From the NCBI GenBank assembly GCA_031272715.1, contig JAISTH010000079.1:2805-66804 (forward strand): a DNA stretch of 64,000 nucleotides, written 5' to 3'. Positions 8,947 to 17,351 of this stretch are shown piece after piece. This DNA is from Desulfovibrio sp. Its GTDB lineage: Bacteria > Desulfobacterota > Desulfovibrionia > Desulfovibrionales > Desulfovibrionaceae. The position numbers were made by a program, and so were the translations under genes. How positions within the stretch are numbered: position 1 is the first letter of the stretch; each line of letters begins with the position of its first letter. The notes beneath the pieces are model-generated. The model saw only the letters and a list, made by a program, of their open reading frames with translations. It had not been told where the DNA came from and searched no databases.

Positions 8947-9876
8947 ATGAAGATCATCGACTTCCGCTTCCGCCCCAACACGGCCGAGGTCCTGGACGGC
9001 ATCAGGAACAGTTCCATGTTCAAGGCCACCTGCGAGGCCATCCACTTCGAGCGGCGCGTCCCCCAGACCCTCCCCCAGATCGTCGCCGACCTGGATCGCC
9101 GGGGCGTCGAACTCTCGGTGATCACGGGCAGGGACTGCGAGACGACATACGGGTTCCCCGCCAACAACGGCAGCGTCCTCTCCTTCGTGAAGGCCTATCC
9201 CGACAAGTTCGTGGGCTTCTGGGGGATAGACCCCCACAAGGGCATGAACGCCGTGCGGGAGATCGTCCATGCCGTCGAGACCGACGGCATGCGGGGCATC
9301 GCCATCGACCCCTATCTCGCCCACATCCCGCCCCACGAGGCGAGGTACTACCCCCTCTACGCGAAGTGCTGCGAACTCGGGATCCCCGTCTTCGTCACCA
9401 CCGCGCCCCCGCCCCAGGTCCCCAGGGCCGTGATGGACTACGTGGATCCCCGCCACGTGGACATCGTCGCCCGGGACTTCCCGGAACTCACGATCATCAT
9501 GAGCCACGGGGGCTACCCCTTCGTGAACGAGGCCGTCTTCGCCTGCATGCGCAACGCCAACGTGTACATGGACCTCTCCGAATACGAACTCGCCCCCATG
9601 GCGGACGTCTACGTCCAGGCCCTCAACACGGCCATCGGCGACAAGGTCGTCTTCGCCAGCGCCCATCCCTTCGTGGAACAGGCCGAGGCCATCGACATCT
9701 ATCGGAAGCTGAAGCTCACCGAGGAGGTCCGCCGCAAGGTCATGTACGAGAACGCCCGGCGCATCCTCGGCCTCGCGAAGGACGAGGCGCCGAAAACCCG
9801 AAGGGTGGCCGGCCTCTCCCAGGAAATGCCCGTGCCCTATCTTCCCTTCTGTCCGGCCGGGAACCGGCCCCGCTGA
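8947..9876 (+). CDS. Amidohydrolase_2 family protein
   Basis: RBS GAGG before ATG 8947. Motifs YPDKFVGF, YPLYAKCCELGIPV, FPELTIIMSHGGYP, NVYMDLS, DKVVFAS and RKVMYENARRIL. Confidence 0.85.
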   Translation: MKIIDFRFRPNTAEVLDGIRNSSMFKATCEAIHFERRVPQTLPQIVADLDRRGVELSVITGRDCETTYGFPANNGSVLSFVKAYPDKFVGFWGIDPHKGMNAVREIVHAVETDGMRGIAIDPYLAHIPPHEARYYPLYAKCCELGIPVFVTTAPPPQVPRAVMDYVDPRHVDIVARDFPELTIIMSHGGYPFVNEAVFACMRNANVYMDLSEYELAPMADVYVQALNTAIGDKVVFASAHPFVEQAEAIDIYRKLKLTEEVRRKVMYENARRILGLAKDEAPKTRRVAGLSQEMPVPYLPFCPAGNRPR

Positions 9877-9879
9877 TCC

Positions 9880-11235
9880 ATGCCCTCCCCTCTCGCCAGG
9901 GACGCCTTCCTGAAGGCCGTGCGGGACGCCGGGGTCGTCGGCGAAGGCGGCGCGGGCTTCCCCGCCCACGCCAAATACGCAGGGACCGCTGACACGGTCA
10001 TCGCCAACGCCTGCGAATGCGAACCCCTGCTCCACACCGACCGCCATCACATGGAGCATTCCGCGGAACAGGCGATGCTGGCCCTGAAACAGGTGGCGGC
10101 GGCCTGCGGCGCCAGGCGGGTCGTCTTCGCCATGAAACGCAAGCACGCGGATCTGGTCCCGGCCATCGAGGCGTCCTGCAGGGCGCATGGGACGGAACTC
10201 GCGCTGCTTGACGACTTCTACCCCGCAGGGGACGAGCAGGTGCTGGTGCGGGAGGTGACGGGCCGCTCGGTTCCGGCCCTGGGGATTCCCCTGGCCGCCG
10301 GATGCCTCGTCGCCAACGTGGGGACGCTGGTGAGCGCCTATGGGGCGATGAGAAACGTCCCCGTGACCCACAAGACCCTGACGGTGACGGGAGAGGTGCG
10401 GCAACCCGGCATCCTCAGAGCGCCCGTGGGCACGCCCATGGCCGAATGCCTCGCTGCGGCCGGAGGCGCCGCCACGCCGGACCCGGTCTTCATCCTCGGC
10501 GGTCCCATGATGGGACGCCTCGTGGACGGCCCGGAAGCCCTCGCCGCCGAGCACGTCGCCAAGACCGACGGCGGGCTCGTGGTCCTGCCACGAGGGCACG
10601 CCCTGCACCGCAACGCCGCCCAGCGTGTGGAACACATGCGCCGCAGGGCCGCCTGCGCCTGCATCCAGTGCCGATTCTGCTCCGATCTCTGCCCCCGGGC
10701 GCTGCTGGGGCAGCCCTTCGAGACCCACAGGGTCATGAAGGCCTTCGGCATGGGGATGGAACTCGCCGGGGAGGCGGGGAGGATGGCGATGCTGTGCAGC
10801 GGTTGCGGCGTCTGCGAACACTACGCCTGTCCCATGGGACTCTCCCCCCGCCGCATCAACCTCGCCGTCCGCAAGGCCATGTCCGGGTCCAAGACGCCCT
10901 ACGGCGGACCCACCGCCCCCGACGAAGCGCGGACCGCCAACAGGGACGTGCGCAAGGTGCCTCTGGGGCGCCTCGCCATGCGGCTGGACGTCCACAGGTA
11001 CATGGACCTCGCGACGCCTTTCCTTGGCACCCTCGAGCCTTCCCGGGTGCGCATCCCCCTGAACCGCCACATCGGCGCCCCGGCCGTCCCCTGCATCGCC
11101 CCGGGGCAGCGGGTCGAGGAGGGGGCATGCATCGGGGACATCCCGGAAGGGGCCCTCGGAGCGAGGGTCCACGCCAGTCTCGCCGGCACCGTGATCGCCG
11201 TGGACGACGGAGTGACCATCAGGAGGCAGCCATGA
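9880..11235 (+). CDS. pduS: PduS-like flavin/Fe-S oxidoreductase (RnfC-like; SLBB and 2x[4Fe-4S])
   Basis: AGVVGEGGAGFP, NACECEP, GGPMMG, CIQCRFCSDLCP, CSGCGVCEHYACP and a C-terminal HIGAPA..VHAS domain; sits next to pduT. Confidence 0.87.
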   Translation: MPSPLARDAFLKAVRDAGVVGEGGAGFPAHAKYAGTADTVIANACECEPLLHTDRHHMEHSAEQAMLALKQVAAACGARRVVFAMKRKHADLVPAIEASCRAHGTELALLDDFYPAGDEQVLVREVTGRSVPALGIPLAAGCLVANVGTLVSAYGAMRNVPVTHKTLTVTGEVRQPGILRAPVGTPMAECLAAAGGAATPDPVFILGGPMMGRLVDGPEALAAEHVAKTDGGLVVLPRGHALHRNAAQRVEHMRRRAACACIQCRFCSDLCPRALLGQPFETHRVMKAFGMGMELAGEAGRMAMLCSGCGVCEHYACPMGLSPRRINLAVRKAMSGSKTPYGGPTAPDEARTANRDVRKVPLGRLAMRLDVHRYMDLATPFLGTLEPSRVRIPLNRHIGAPAVPCIAPGQRVEEGACIGDIPEGALGARVHASLAGTVIAVDDGVTIRRQP

Positions 11236-11789
11236 GGGAAGACTCCCGTGCGGTGGGGATGCTGGAATTCACGAGCATCGCGGCGGGGATGGACGCCTCC
11301 GACCGGATGGTCAAGGCCGCCTCCATCGAGCCCGTCTTCTTCAAGACGGTCTGTCCCGGCAAGTTCCTCGCCTGCGTGGCCGGGGACGTGGCGGCCGTCG
11401 AGGCGTCCATGGAGGCGGGAAGGGCGGGGGCGGGGCCGCTTGTCGCGGACTGGTTCCTGCTCCCGAACATCCATCCCGACGTGACGACGGCGCTGGGGGG
11501 CGTCGGCATGGACATCCCGGTGGAGGCGCTGGGGATACTGGAGACGTACTCGGCGGCATCCATCGTGGCCGCCGCGGACGCGGCGGTTAAGGCCGCGAGG
11601 GTCCGGCTGCTGGACATCCGTCTGGCCATGGGACTTGGCGGCAAGGGATACACGCTCTTCACCGGCGACGTCGCCGCGGTGGAGGCATCGGTTGAGGCGG
11701 GAGCCCGGAGTGCCGCGGAAGCGGGGCTGCTGGTGGGCAAGGTGGTCATCCCGAGGCCCGCCGAGGCCTTCTGCAGGCAAGTGCTCTGA
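11232..11789 (+). CDS. pduT: BMC-T shell protein, PduT-like (tandem BMC domain)
   Basis: AVGMLEFTSIAAG...KTVCPGKF (conserved pore Cys)...ALGILETYS...GLGGKG...VIPRP. ATG overlaps the pduS stop. Confidence 0.9.
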   Translation: MREDSRAVGMLEFTSIAAGMDASDRMVKAASIEPVFFKTVCPGKFLACVAGDVAAVEASMEAGRAGAGPLVADWFLLPNIHPDVTTALGGVGMDIPVEALGILETYSAASIVAAADAAVKAARVRLLDIRLAMGLGGKGYTLFTGDVAAVEASVEAGARSAAEAGLLVGKVVIPRPAEAFCRQVL

Positions 11790-11829
11790 CGCCTGCGGGC
11801 GCCGGACGGGACGAGGACAGGGAGCGAAA

Positions 11830-12990
11830 ATGGCAGCGGGGACTGGCGGACAGGGCTTGTCGACGGGTGCGTCCGGAAGGCGCGCCGTCACCGCCGAGGA
11901 CGTGCGCGACGCCCACCTGCGGGGACTGCGGGAGATTCCCGTCCCCCAAGGGGTCCTCGTGACCCCCCTGGCCCGGGACGTCGCCAAGGAGCACGGCGTG
12001 CTCCTCGCGCAACCCCTCCCCGGGAGCCCCATGGAACCGCCGTCCCCTCACACCGCCAGGCCCCCCTTGCCGCCCCTTCCCGGACAGGTGACGCTCCGCG
12101 CGGGTCAGCCGCTTCCCGATGGCGCATCCCCGCCAAGGACCGCCGACACGTCCACGGCAACCGCTCGCGGCAAAGCCAAGCGCCCCGGCACCCAGCCGCC
12201 CCCCAACCCCAACCGGCATCACCCCCCTGGAGGCCGCATGCTGTTCCTCACCGAAGACGACATACGCCAACGCGGCATCCCCGAGGGCGGAGAACTCGTC
12301 CTCTGCGCCACGGAGCGGCTGACCCCCTCCGCCAGCAGCTACGCCACCCAGCTGCAGCTCCGGGTGGTCGAGGCCGAAGGCCCCCAGTGCCCCGAACGGC
12401 AGGCGCAGACATGCCCGGAGGATGCCTCCAAGGCCCCCTCCGATCCCTCCGAGACGGGCCTGACCCACCTCGATGCCGCCACCATGGTGCCGAAGACCCA
12501 TCCACGCATCGAGGCCCGCGGCAAGCTCGACACCCTGGTATCGGAAATCGTCCTGGTCCAGACCCTCTTCGACCCCAAACGAAAACTCCCCGCCCTGCTC
12601 CTCGAATGCCTCGCCGACCTCAAGGAATGGGCCTTCCAGACCCTCGCCGCGGAAGTCTCCGGCAGTCTCCTCCCGCGCCAGACCATGGCCGGCATGGACC
12701 CCGAAACCCTCCGGGCGGTCTCCCGCAACCCCGGCAGATACCTGAACGCGGAGCATCTGGCCCCGGACGCCTCCATGGGGACGAATCTCGCCCTCCTGAA
12801 CCGGCTGCGCGCCCTCGTGCGGGAGACGGAACTCGCAACGGCAAGGGCGGCCCTCACCCGGGGCGACATACAGCAGTCCCTGAACAGGCTCTCCAGCGCC
12901 GTCTACGTCCTCATGCTCCTGACGCACCTCGCCGAGAGCGGCGCCCCGCTCCCCACATCCGGCATCGCCGCCGACGGGGGCAAGGACTGA
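11830..12990 (+). CDS. eutT: EutT-like cob(I)alamin adenosyltransferase (core 12238-12990) with an in-frame N-terminal extension from 11830
   Basis: Core motifs [46 protein letters not shown] and LNRLSSAVY resemble EutT. Both ATG 11830 (GGAG) and ATG 12238 (GGAGG) have an RBS. Confidence 0.75.
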   Translation: MAAGTGGQGLSTGASGRRAVTAEDVRDAHLRGLREIPVPQGVLVTPLARDVAKEHGVLLAQPLPGSPMEPPSPHTARPPLPPLPGQVTLRAGQPLPDGASPPRTADTSTATARGKAKRPGTQPPPNPNRHHPPGGRMLFLTEDDIRQRGIPEGGELVLCATERLTPSASSYATQLQLRVVEAEGPQCPERQAQTCPEDASKAPSDPSETGLTHLDAATMVPKTHPRIEARGKLDTLVSEIVLVQTLFDPKRKLPALLLECLADLKEWAFQTLAAEVSGSLLPRQTMAGMDPETLRAVSRNPGRYLNAEHLAPDASMGTNLALLNRLRALVRETELATARAALTRGDIQQSLNRLSSAVYVLMLLTHLAESGAPLPTSGIAADGGKD

Positions 12991-12994
12991 CATC

Positions 12995-14011
12995 ATGGGC
13001 GTCATGGAACGCTGCAAGGCCAAGTGCCGAGGACAAGGGGCCATCGTCGTCTTCGCCGAGGGCGAGGACCGCCGGGTGGTCGAGGCGGCCGTCGCCCTGA
13101 ACCGGGAAGGACTGGTCCACCCTCTGCTCATGGGCAGAGCTTCCATCCTGCTGGATCTGCTCAACCAGACGGCCCGCCTCGGCGAACGCCTCGACGCCCT
13201 CGACCCCGCCGACCCGCACCTGCTCGCCATGAACGCCGAGGCGCTCCTCGCCCTCGCCGCCGAACGAGGCAAACCCATGAACGCCGACGAGGCCCGCTCC
13301 GCCGCGCGCACCCCCCTCACGGCCGCCTGCCTTCTGGTCAGGCAGGGGAAAGCCACCTGCGGCGTCGCCGGGAACCTCTCCCCCACCGCCGACGTGCTGC
13401 GCGCGGGCCTGCGGATTCTCGGCACCACCCGGGACTTGCGGACGGTGTCCGGATTCTTCCTCATGCTGGCCCCGGAGGAACGGCAGGTCTACGTCTTCGC
13501 CGACGCCGGGGTCGTTCCCGAACCCACCGCGGAACAGCTCGCCGACATCGCCATCGCCTCGGCACGGCAGTGCCGGCGCCTGCTGGACGCAACGCCCCGT
13601 GTGGCGATGCTGTCCTTCTCCACCAAGGGCAGCGCCGACCACCCCCGGGTGGACCACGTCCGGCGGGCCCTGGCCCTCGTGCGGGAACGCGCGCCGGAAC
13701 TCGCCGTCGACGGCGAACTCCAGCTCGACGCGGCCGTCTGCCCGGACGTCGCCCGCCTGAAAGGCGTCGACGGCCCAGTGCAGGGAGACGCCAACGTCCT
13801 CGTCTTCCCGGGGCTGGAAGCGGGGAACATCGGCTACAAGATCGCCCAGCGCCTGGGAGGCTACACGGCCCTCGGGCCGCTCCTGCAGGGCCTTGCCGGG
13901 GGATGGCACGACCTCTCCCGGGGATGCTCGGCGGGAGACGTCCACGACATCGCCCTGCTGGGGGCGACGCTGGCCCTTGCGGAACAGGGGGAACAGGCCG
14001 GGGCGGCCTGA
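12995..14011 (+). CDS. eutD: Phosphotransacetylase, EutD/Pta type
   Basis: [45 protein letters not shown] and DLSRGCS. Confidence 0.92.
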   Translation: MGVMERCKAKCRGQGAIVVFAEGEDRRVVEAAVALNREGLVHPLLMGRASILLDLLNQTARLGERLDALDPADPHLLAMNAEALLALAAERGKPMNADEARSAARTPLTAACLLVRQGKATCGVAGNLSPTADVLRAGLRILGTTRDLRTVSGFFLMLAPEERQVYVFADAGVVPEPTAEQLADIAIASARQCRRLLDATPRVAMLSFSTKGSADHPRVDHVRRALALVRERAPELAVDGELQLDAAVCPDVARLKGVDGPVQGDANVLVFPGLEAGNIGYKIAQRLGGYTALGPLLQGLAGGWHDLSRGCSAGDVHDIALLGATLALAEQGEQAGAA

Positions 14012-14077
14012 CGCCCTCCCCAACCTGCGGGCGAAACGCCCGCCAACGCCAACAACCGAACCACAAGGAGACGGGAC

Positions 14078-14356
14078 ATGGATGCACTCGGCATGATCGA
14101 AACGCGGGGACTCGTCGCCCTCATCGAGGCGGCCGACGCCATGGTGAAGGCGGCCCGGGTCGTCCTCATCGCCTACGAGCAGATCGGGGGCGGCTACGTG
14201 ACGGCCATCGTGAGAGGCGACGTCGCGGCCTGCAAGGCGGCGACGGACGCCGGAGTGAACGCGGTGCAGCGCCTTGGCGGCGAGCTCGTGGCCGTGCACG
14301 TGATCCCCAGGCCCCACGCGGACCTGGAGGAGGTCTTCCCCATCCGGAAGAAGTAG
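14078..14356 (+). CDS. eutM: BMC-H hexameric shell protein (EutM/PduA-like)
   Basis: ALGMIETRG...AADAMVKAA...GGGYVT..RGDVAA..HVIPRPH. Confidence 0.95.
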   Translation: MDALGMIETRGLVALIEAADAMVKAARVVLIAYEQIGGGYVTAIVRGDVAACKAATDAGVNAVQRLGGELVAVHVIPRPHADLEEVFPIRKK

Positions 14357-14472
14357 CCGGCCGACATCGGTCGAACGCATAGATGCGGACCTGGCGCCCA
14401 TGCGGGCCGAAGTGCCCGGTTCCCCGCCTTCCAGGCGCGGGGCGCCACAGATTCGTCTTCCGGGAGGACGCC

Positions 14473-14760
14473 ATGGAACTCGCGAAGGTCGTGGGGCAGG
14501 TGGTGGCAACCGCCCGCGCCCCCGGACTGCCCAGCAACACCCTCCTGCTGGTGCGGTTCGTGGACGAAAAGGGGGAACCCTGCGGAGGCTGCCACGTGGC
14601 GGCCGATCCGGTGGGGGCCGGCGAGGGGGAGTGGGTGCTGACCGTGCGGGGCAGTTCCGCGCGGTGCGCCATCGACATGGACGCCCCGCTGGATCTGGCG
14701 GTGGTCGCCATCGTCGACAGCGTCGGATCCGCTGCCGAGACGCTCTACAGAAAGAACTGA
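14473..14760 (+). CDS. eutN: BMC-P pentameric vertex protein (EutN/CcmL)
   Basis: RBS GGAGG; MELAKVVGQVVAT...VAADPVGAGEGEWVL..GSSAR..D..VVAIVD. Confidence 0.95.
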   Translation: MELAKVVGQVVATARAPGLPSNTLLLVRFVDEKGEPCGGCHVAADPVGAGEGEWVLTVRGSSARCAIDMDAPLDLAVVAIVDSVGSAAETLYRKN

Positions 14761-14949
14761 CGAACGGCCGCGGCGCCCCTGGATCGCGGCGGCGACGCCG
14801 CGGTCCGGGCATGCGCCCCTTGACGCGCAACGGGAACGCCGACGAAACCCGCGGCGCGCCCGAACGCAGGACGACGACGCTCCGGGCCGCCCCACGGCCC
14901 CGGAGACGCGCCCGTCAACCGTCCCGGCCCCATGCCGGCGGAGACAGAC

Positions 14950-16368
14950 ATGGAAATGCAGGAACAGGACGTGGAACGCATCGTGAGCGAGGTGCTGAAA
15001 CGCCTCGGCACCCCCGGCAGGGAAACGCCGGTCGCGGCCCAGGACGACCTCGGCCTCTTCGCGTCGCTTGACGATGCCGTGGAGGCCGCCTCGCGCGCCT
15101 ACCGGAAGGTGTCCACCCTCAGGGTGCGCCGGGAGGTGATCGCGGCCATCCGCAAGGCGGGCAAGGAACACGCCCAGTCCCTGGCGGAACTCGCCGTCCG
15201 GGAGACGGGCATGGGACGGGTCGCGGACAAGCTGGCGAAGAACATCCTGCAGGCCGAGTCCACCCCGGGACCCGAAGCCCTGGTCCCCAGGGCCATGTCC
15301 GGGGACGCCGGTCTGGCCCTGGAGGAGAACGCGCCCTGGGGCGTCGTCGCCTCGGTCACCCCCTCCACCAATCCAGCCGCCACGGTCGTCAACAACGCCA
15401 TCAGCATGATCTCCGCCGGCAACGCCGTCGTCTTCGCCCCCCATCCGAACGCGAAGCAGACGTCCCAGACCGCCATGCAGACGCTGAACAAGGCCATCCG
15501 GGACGCGACGGGCATAGAGCACCTGCTGTGCGCGGTCCGGGAACCCTCCATCGAGACGGCGCAACGCCTCTTCGCCCACCCCGGCGTGAAACTGCTGGTG
15601 GTCACGGGCGGGGAAGGGGTGGTCGCCGCCGCCCGCAAGCACGCCACCATGCGCCTCATCGCCGCCGGCGCCGGCAATCCCCCGACGGTCGTGGACGAAA
15701 CCGCCGACATCCCCCGGGCCGCCAAGGGCATCCTCGCCGGGGCGAGCTTCGACAACAACATCATCTGCGCCGACGAGAAGGAGATCATCGCCGTGGACGC
15801 CGTCGCGGACCGGCTCAAACGGGAACTGGCCGCGCAGGGAGCCTGCGAGATCACCCTCCCCCAGGCGGAGACCATCGCCAGGTTCGCCCTCCGGGACCAC
15901 CCCGGGCCATCGCCCGCCGCCAACCCCAAATGGGTGGGCAGGGACGCCTCCCGCATCGCCCGCGAGGCGGACATCCACGTCCCCGACACATGCCGGATGC
16001 TCTTCGTGGACGTCGGCCGGGACATAGACCACCCCTTCGCCCGGGTGGAACAGATGATGCCGGTGCTGCCGCTCCTGCGGGCCCGGAACGTCGACGAGGC
16101 CATCGAATGGGCCCTGATCCTGGAACGGGGGCTCTCCCACACGGCGGGGATCCACTCGAGGAACATCGACAACATGCACGCCATGGCCCTCGCCATGAAC
16201 ACCAGCCTCTTCGTCAAGAACGGCCCCCACGTCGCGGCCCTTGGCGTCGGCGGGGAGGGCTGGACGTCGATGACCATCTCGACCCCGACAGGGGAAGGGG
16301 TCACCTCGGCGCGCACCTTCGTGCGCATCAGGCGGTGCGTCCTCGTCGACAGCTTCCGCATCGTCTGA
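14950..16368 (+). CDS. eutE: CoA-acylating aldehyde dehydrogenase (EutE/PduP) with N-terminal encapsulation peptide
   Basis: N-terminal amphipathic helix DVERIVSEVLKRL; PSTNP, VTGG, AGAGNPP, SFDNNIICADEK and TPTGEG. Confidence 0.93.
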   Translation: MEMQEQDVERIVSEVLKRLGTPGRETPVAAQDDLGLFASLDDAVEAASRAYRKVSTLRVRREVIAAIRKAGKEHAQSLAELAVRETGMGRVADKLAKNILQAESTPGPEALVPRAMSGDAGLALEENAPWGVVASVTPSTNPAATVVNNAISMISAGNAVVFAPHPNAKQTSQTAMQTLNKAIRDATGIEHLLCAVREPSIETAQRLFAHPGVKLLVVTGGEGVVAAARKHATMRLIAAGAGNPPTVVDETADIPRAAKGILAGASFDNNIICADEKEIIAVDAVADRLKRELAAQGACEITLPQAETIARFALRDHPGPSPAANPKWVGRDASRIAREADIHVPDTCRMLFVDVGRDIDHPFARVEQMMPVLPLLRARNVDEAIEWALILERGLSHTAGIHSRNIDNMHAMALAMNTSLFVKNGPHVAALGVGGEGWTSMTISTPTGEGVTSARTFVRIRRCVLVDSFRIV

Positions 16369-16373
16369 GGGAC

Positions 16374-17123
16374 ATGCTGGCCTTCCTCGCCCTCGCGAGC
16401 CTTCTCGTCGGCTTGATCATAGGCGCGACCGGGATCGGGGGCGTGATCCTGATCCCGCTGCTCATGGCCGCCGGGGGACTCACTACGCACCAGGCCATGG
16501 CGACGGCGCTGGCCAGCTTCCTCTTCTGCGGGATCGCTTCCACCTGGGCCTTCCAGCGCCACGGAAGCTTCCTCTGGCGGGAGACGGCGCCGGTGATCGC
16601 CGGATGCCTCTGCACGAGCCACGTCGGGGCATACATCGCCACCATGGCCAGCGCCCGCTTTCTCGACCTGACGCTTGCGGCCATCATCCTCCTCTCGAGC
16701 GCCTACAACCTCGTGACCCCGCAAGGCTTCAACCTGCCGACGCGTCTGGGGAGACGAGGCAACCTCGCCCTGCTCTTCGGCGCGGGATGCCTCACCGGCT
16801 TCCTGTGCGGGATGACGGGGGCGGGAGGCGGCATCGTCTCGACGCCGCTCCTCTTCCTCTGCGGCTACCAGACCCTGCCGGTCATCGCGACGGCGCAGAT
16901 CCTGCAAATCTTCGTGTCCCTTGCGGGTTCCCCGGTGAATCTCGCCCACGGATACATAGACCTGCACCTCGCGGGCTGGGTCTCCATCTTCGAGGTCGCC
17001 GGGGTGCTTCTGGGGAGCGGGCTCGCCCACCGGTTGCCAGTGAGGACCTTGCGCGTGACGGCGGTGACGCTGTGCCTGCTCACGAGCGCGGCACTGGCCG
17101 TGAAGGCCGTCTTCTGGGGGTGA
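16374..17123 (+). CDS. TauE/SafE (TSUP) family sulfite/sulfonate transporter
   Basis: Two repeats of G.TG.GGG...P, about 8 TM helices, 249 aa; last gene of the operon. Confidence 0.85.
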   Translation: MLAFLALASLLVGLIIGATGIGGVILIPLLMAAGGLTTHQAMATALASFLFCGIASTWAFQRHGSFLWRETAPVIAGCLCTSHVGAYIATMASARFLDLTLAAIILLSSAYNLVTPQGFNLPTRLGRRGNLALLFGAGCLTGFLCGMTGAGGGIVSTPLLFLCGYQTLPVIATAQILQIFVSLAGSPVNLAHGYIDLHLAGWVSIFEVAGVLLGSGLAHRLPVRTLRVTAVTLCLLTSAALAVKAVFWG

Positions 17124-17142
17124 CGCCGAACGGGAACGCACA

Positions 17143-17164
17143 GGGCCCCCTCGCGGGGCCCTTT
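17143..17164 (+). terminator. Probable intrinsic terminator of the BMC operon
   Basis: GGGCCCC-CTCGC-GGGGCCC followed by TTT. Confidence 0.55.
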
Positions 17165-17351
17165 CCGACCAGGAATCCCGGTTCCGTCAACGCCATTTTT
17201 CATGAAATCGCCTTGACACGAGATGGGCTTCGCCCTGCCAAAGACGACAAGGACGGCGGGGGGATGGCTTGTCAGGTCGCCTGACGGACGCATCCCGACC
17301 TTGAACCTGGGCCGACTGTCAGACGGACCGACCCCGAGTCCCCCGGAAGCG

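Noticed and set aside
9880-16368. Classical ethanolamine or propanediol utilisation locus
   Set aside because: No eutBC, eutA or pduCDE; the only signature enzyme nearby is the GRE.
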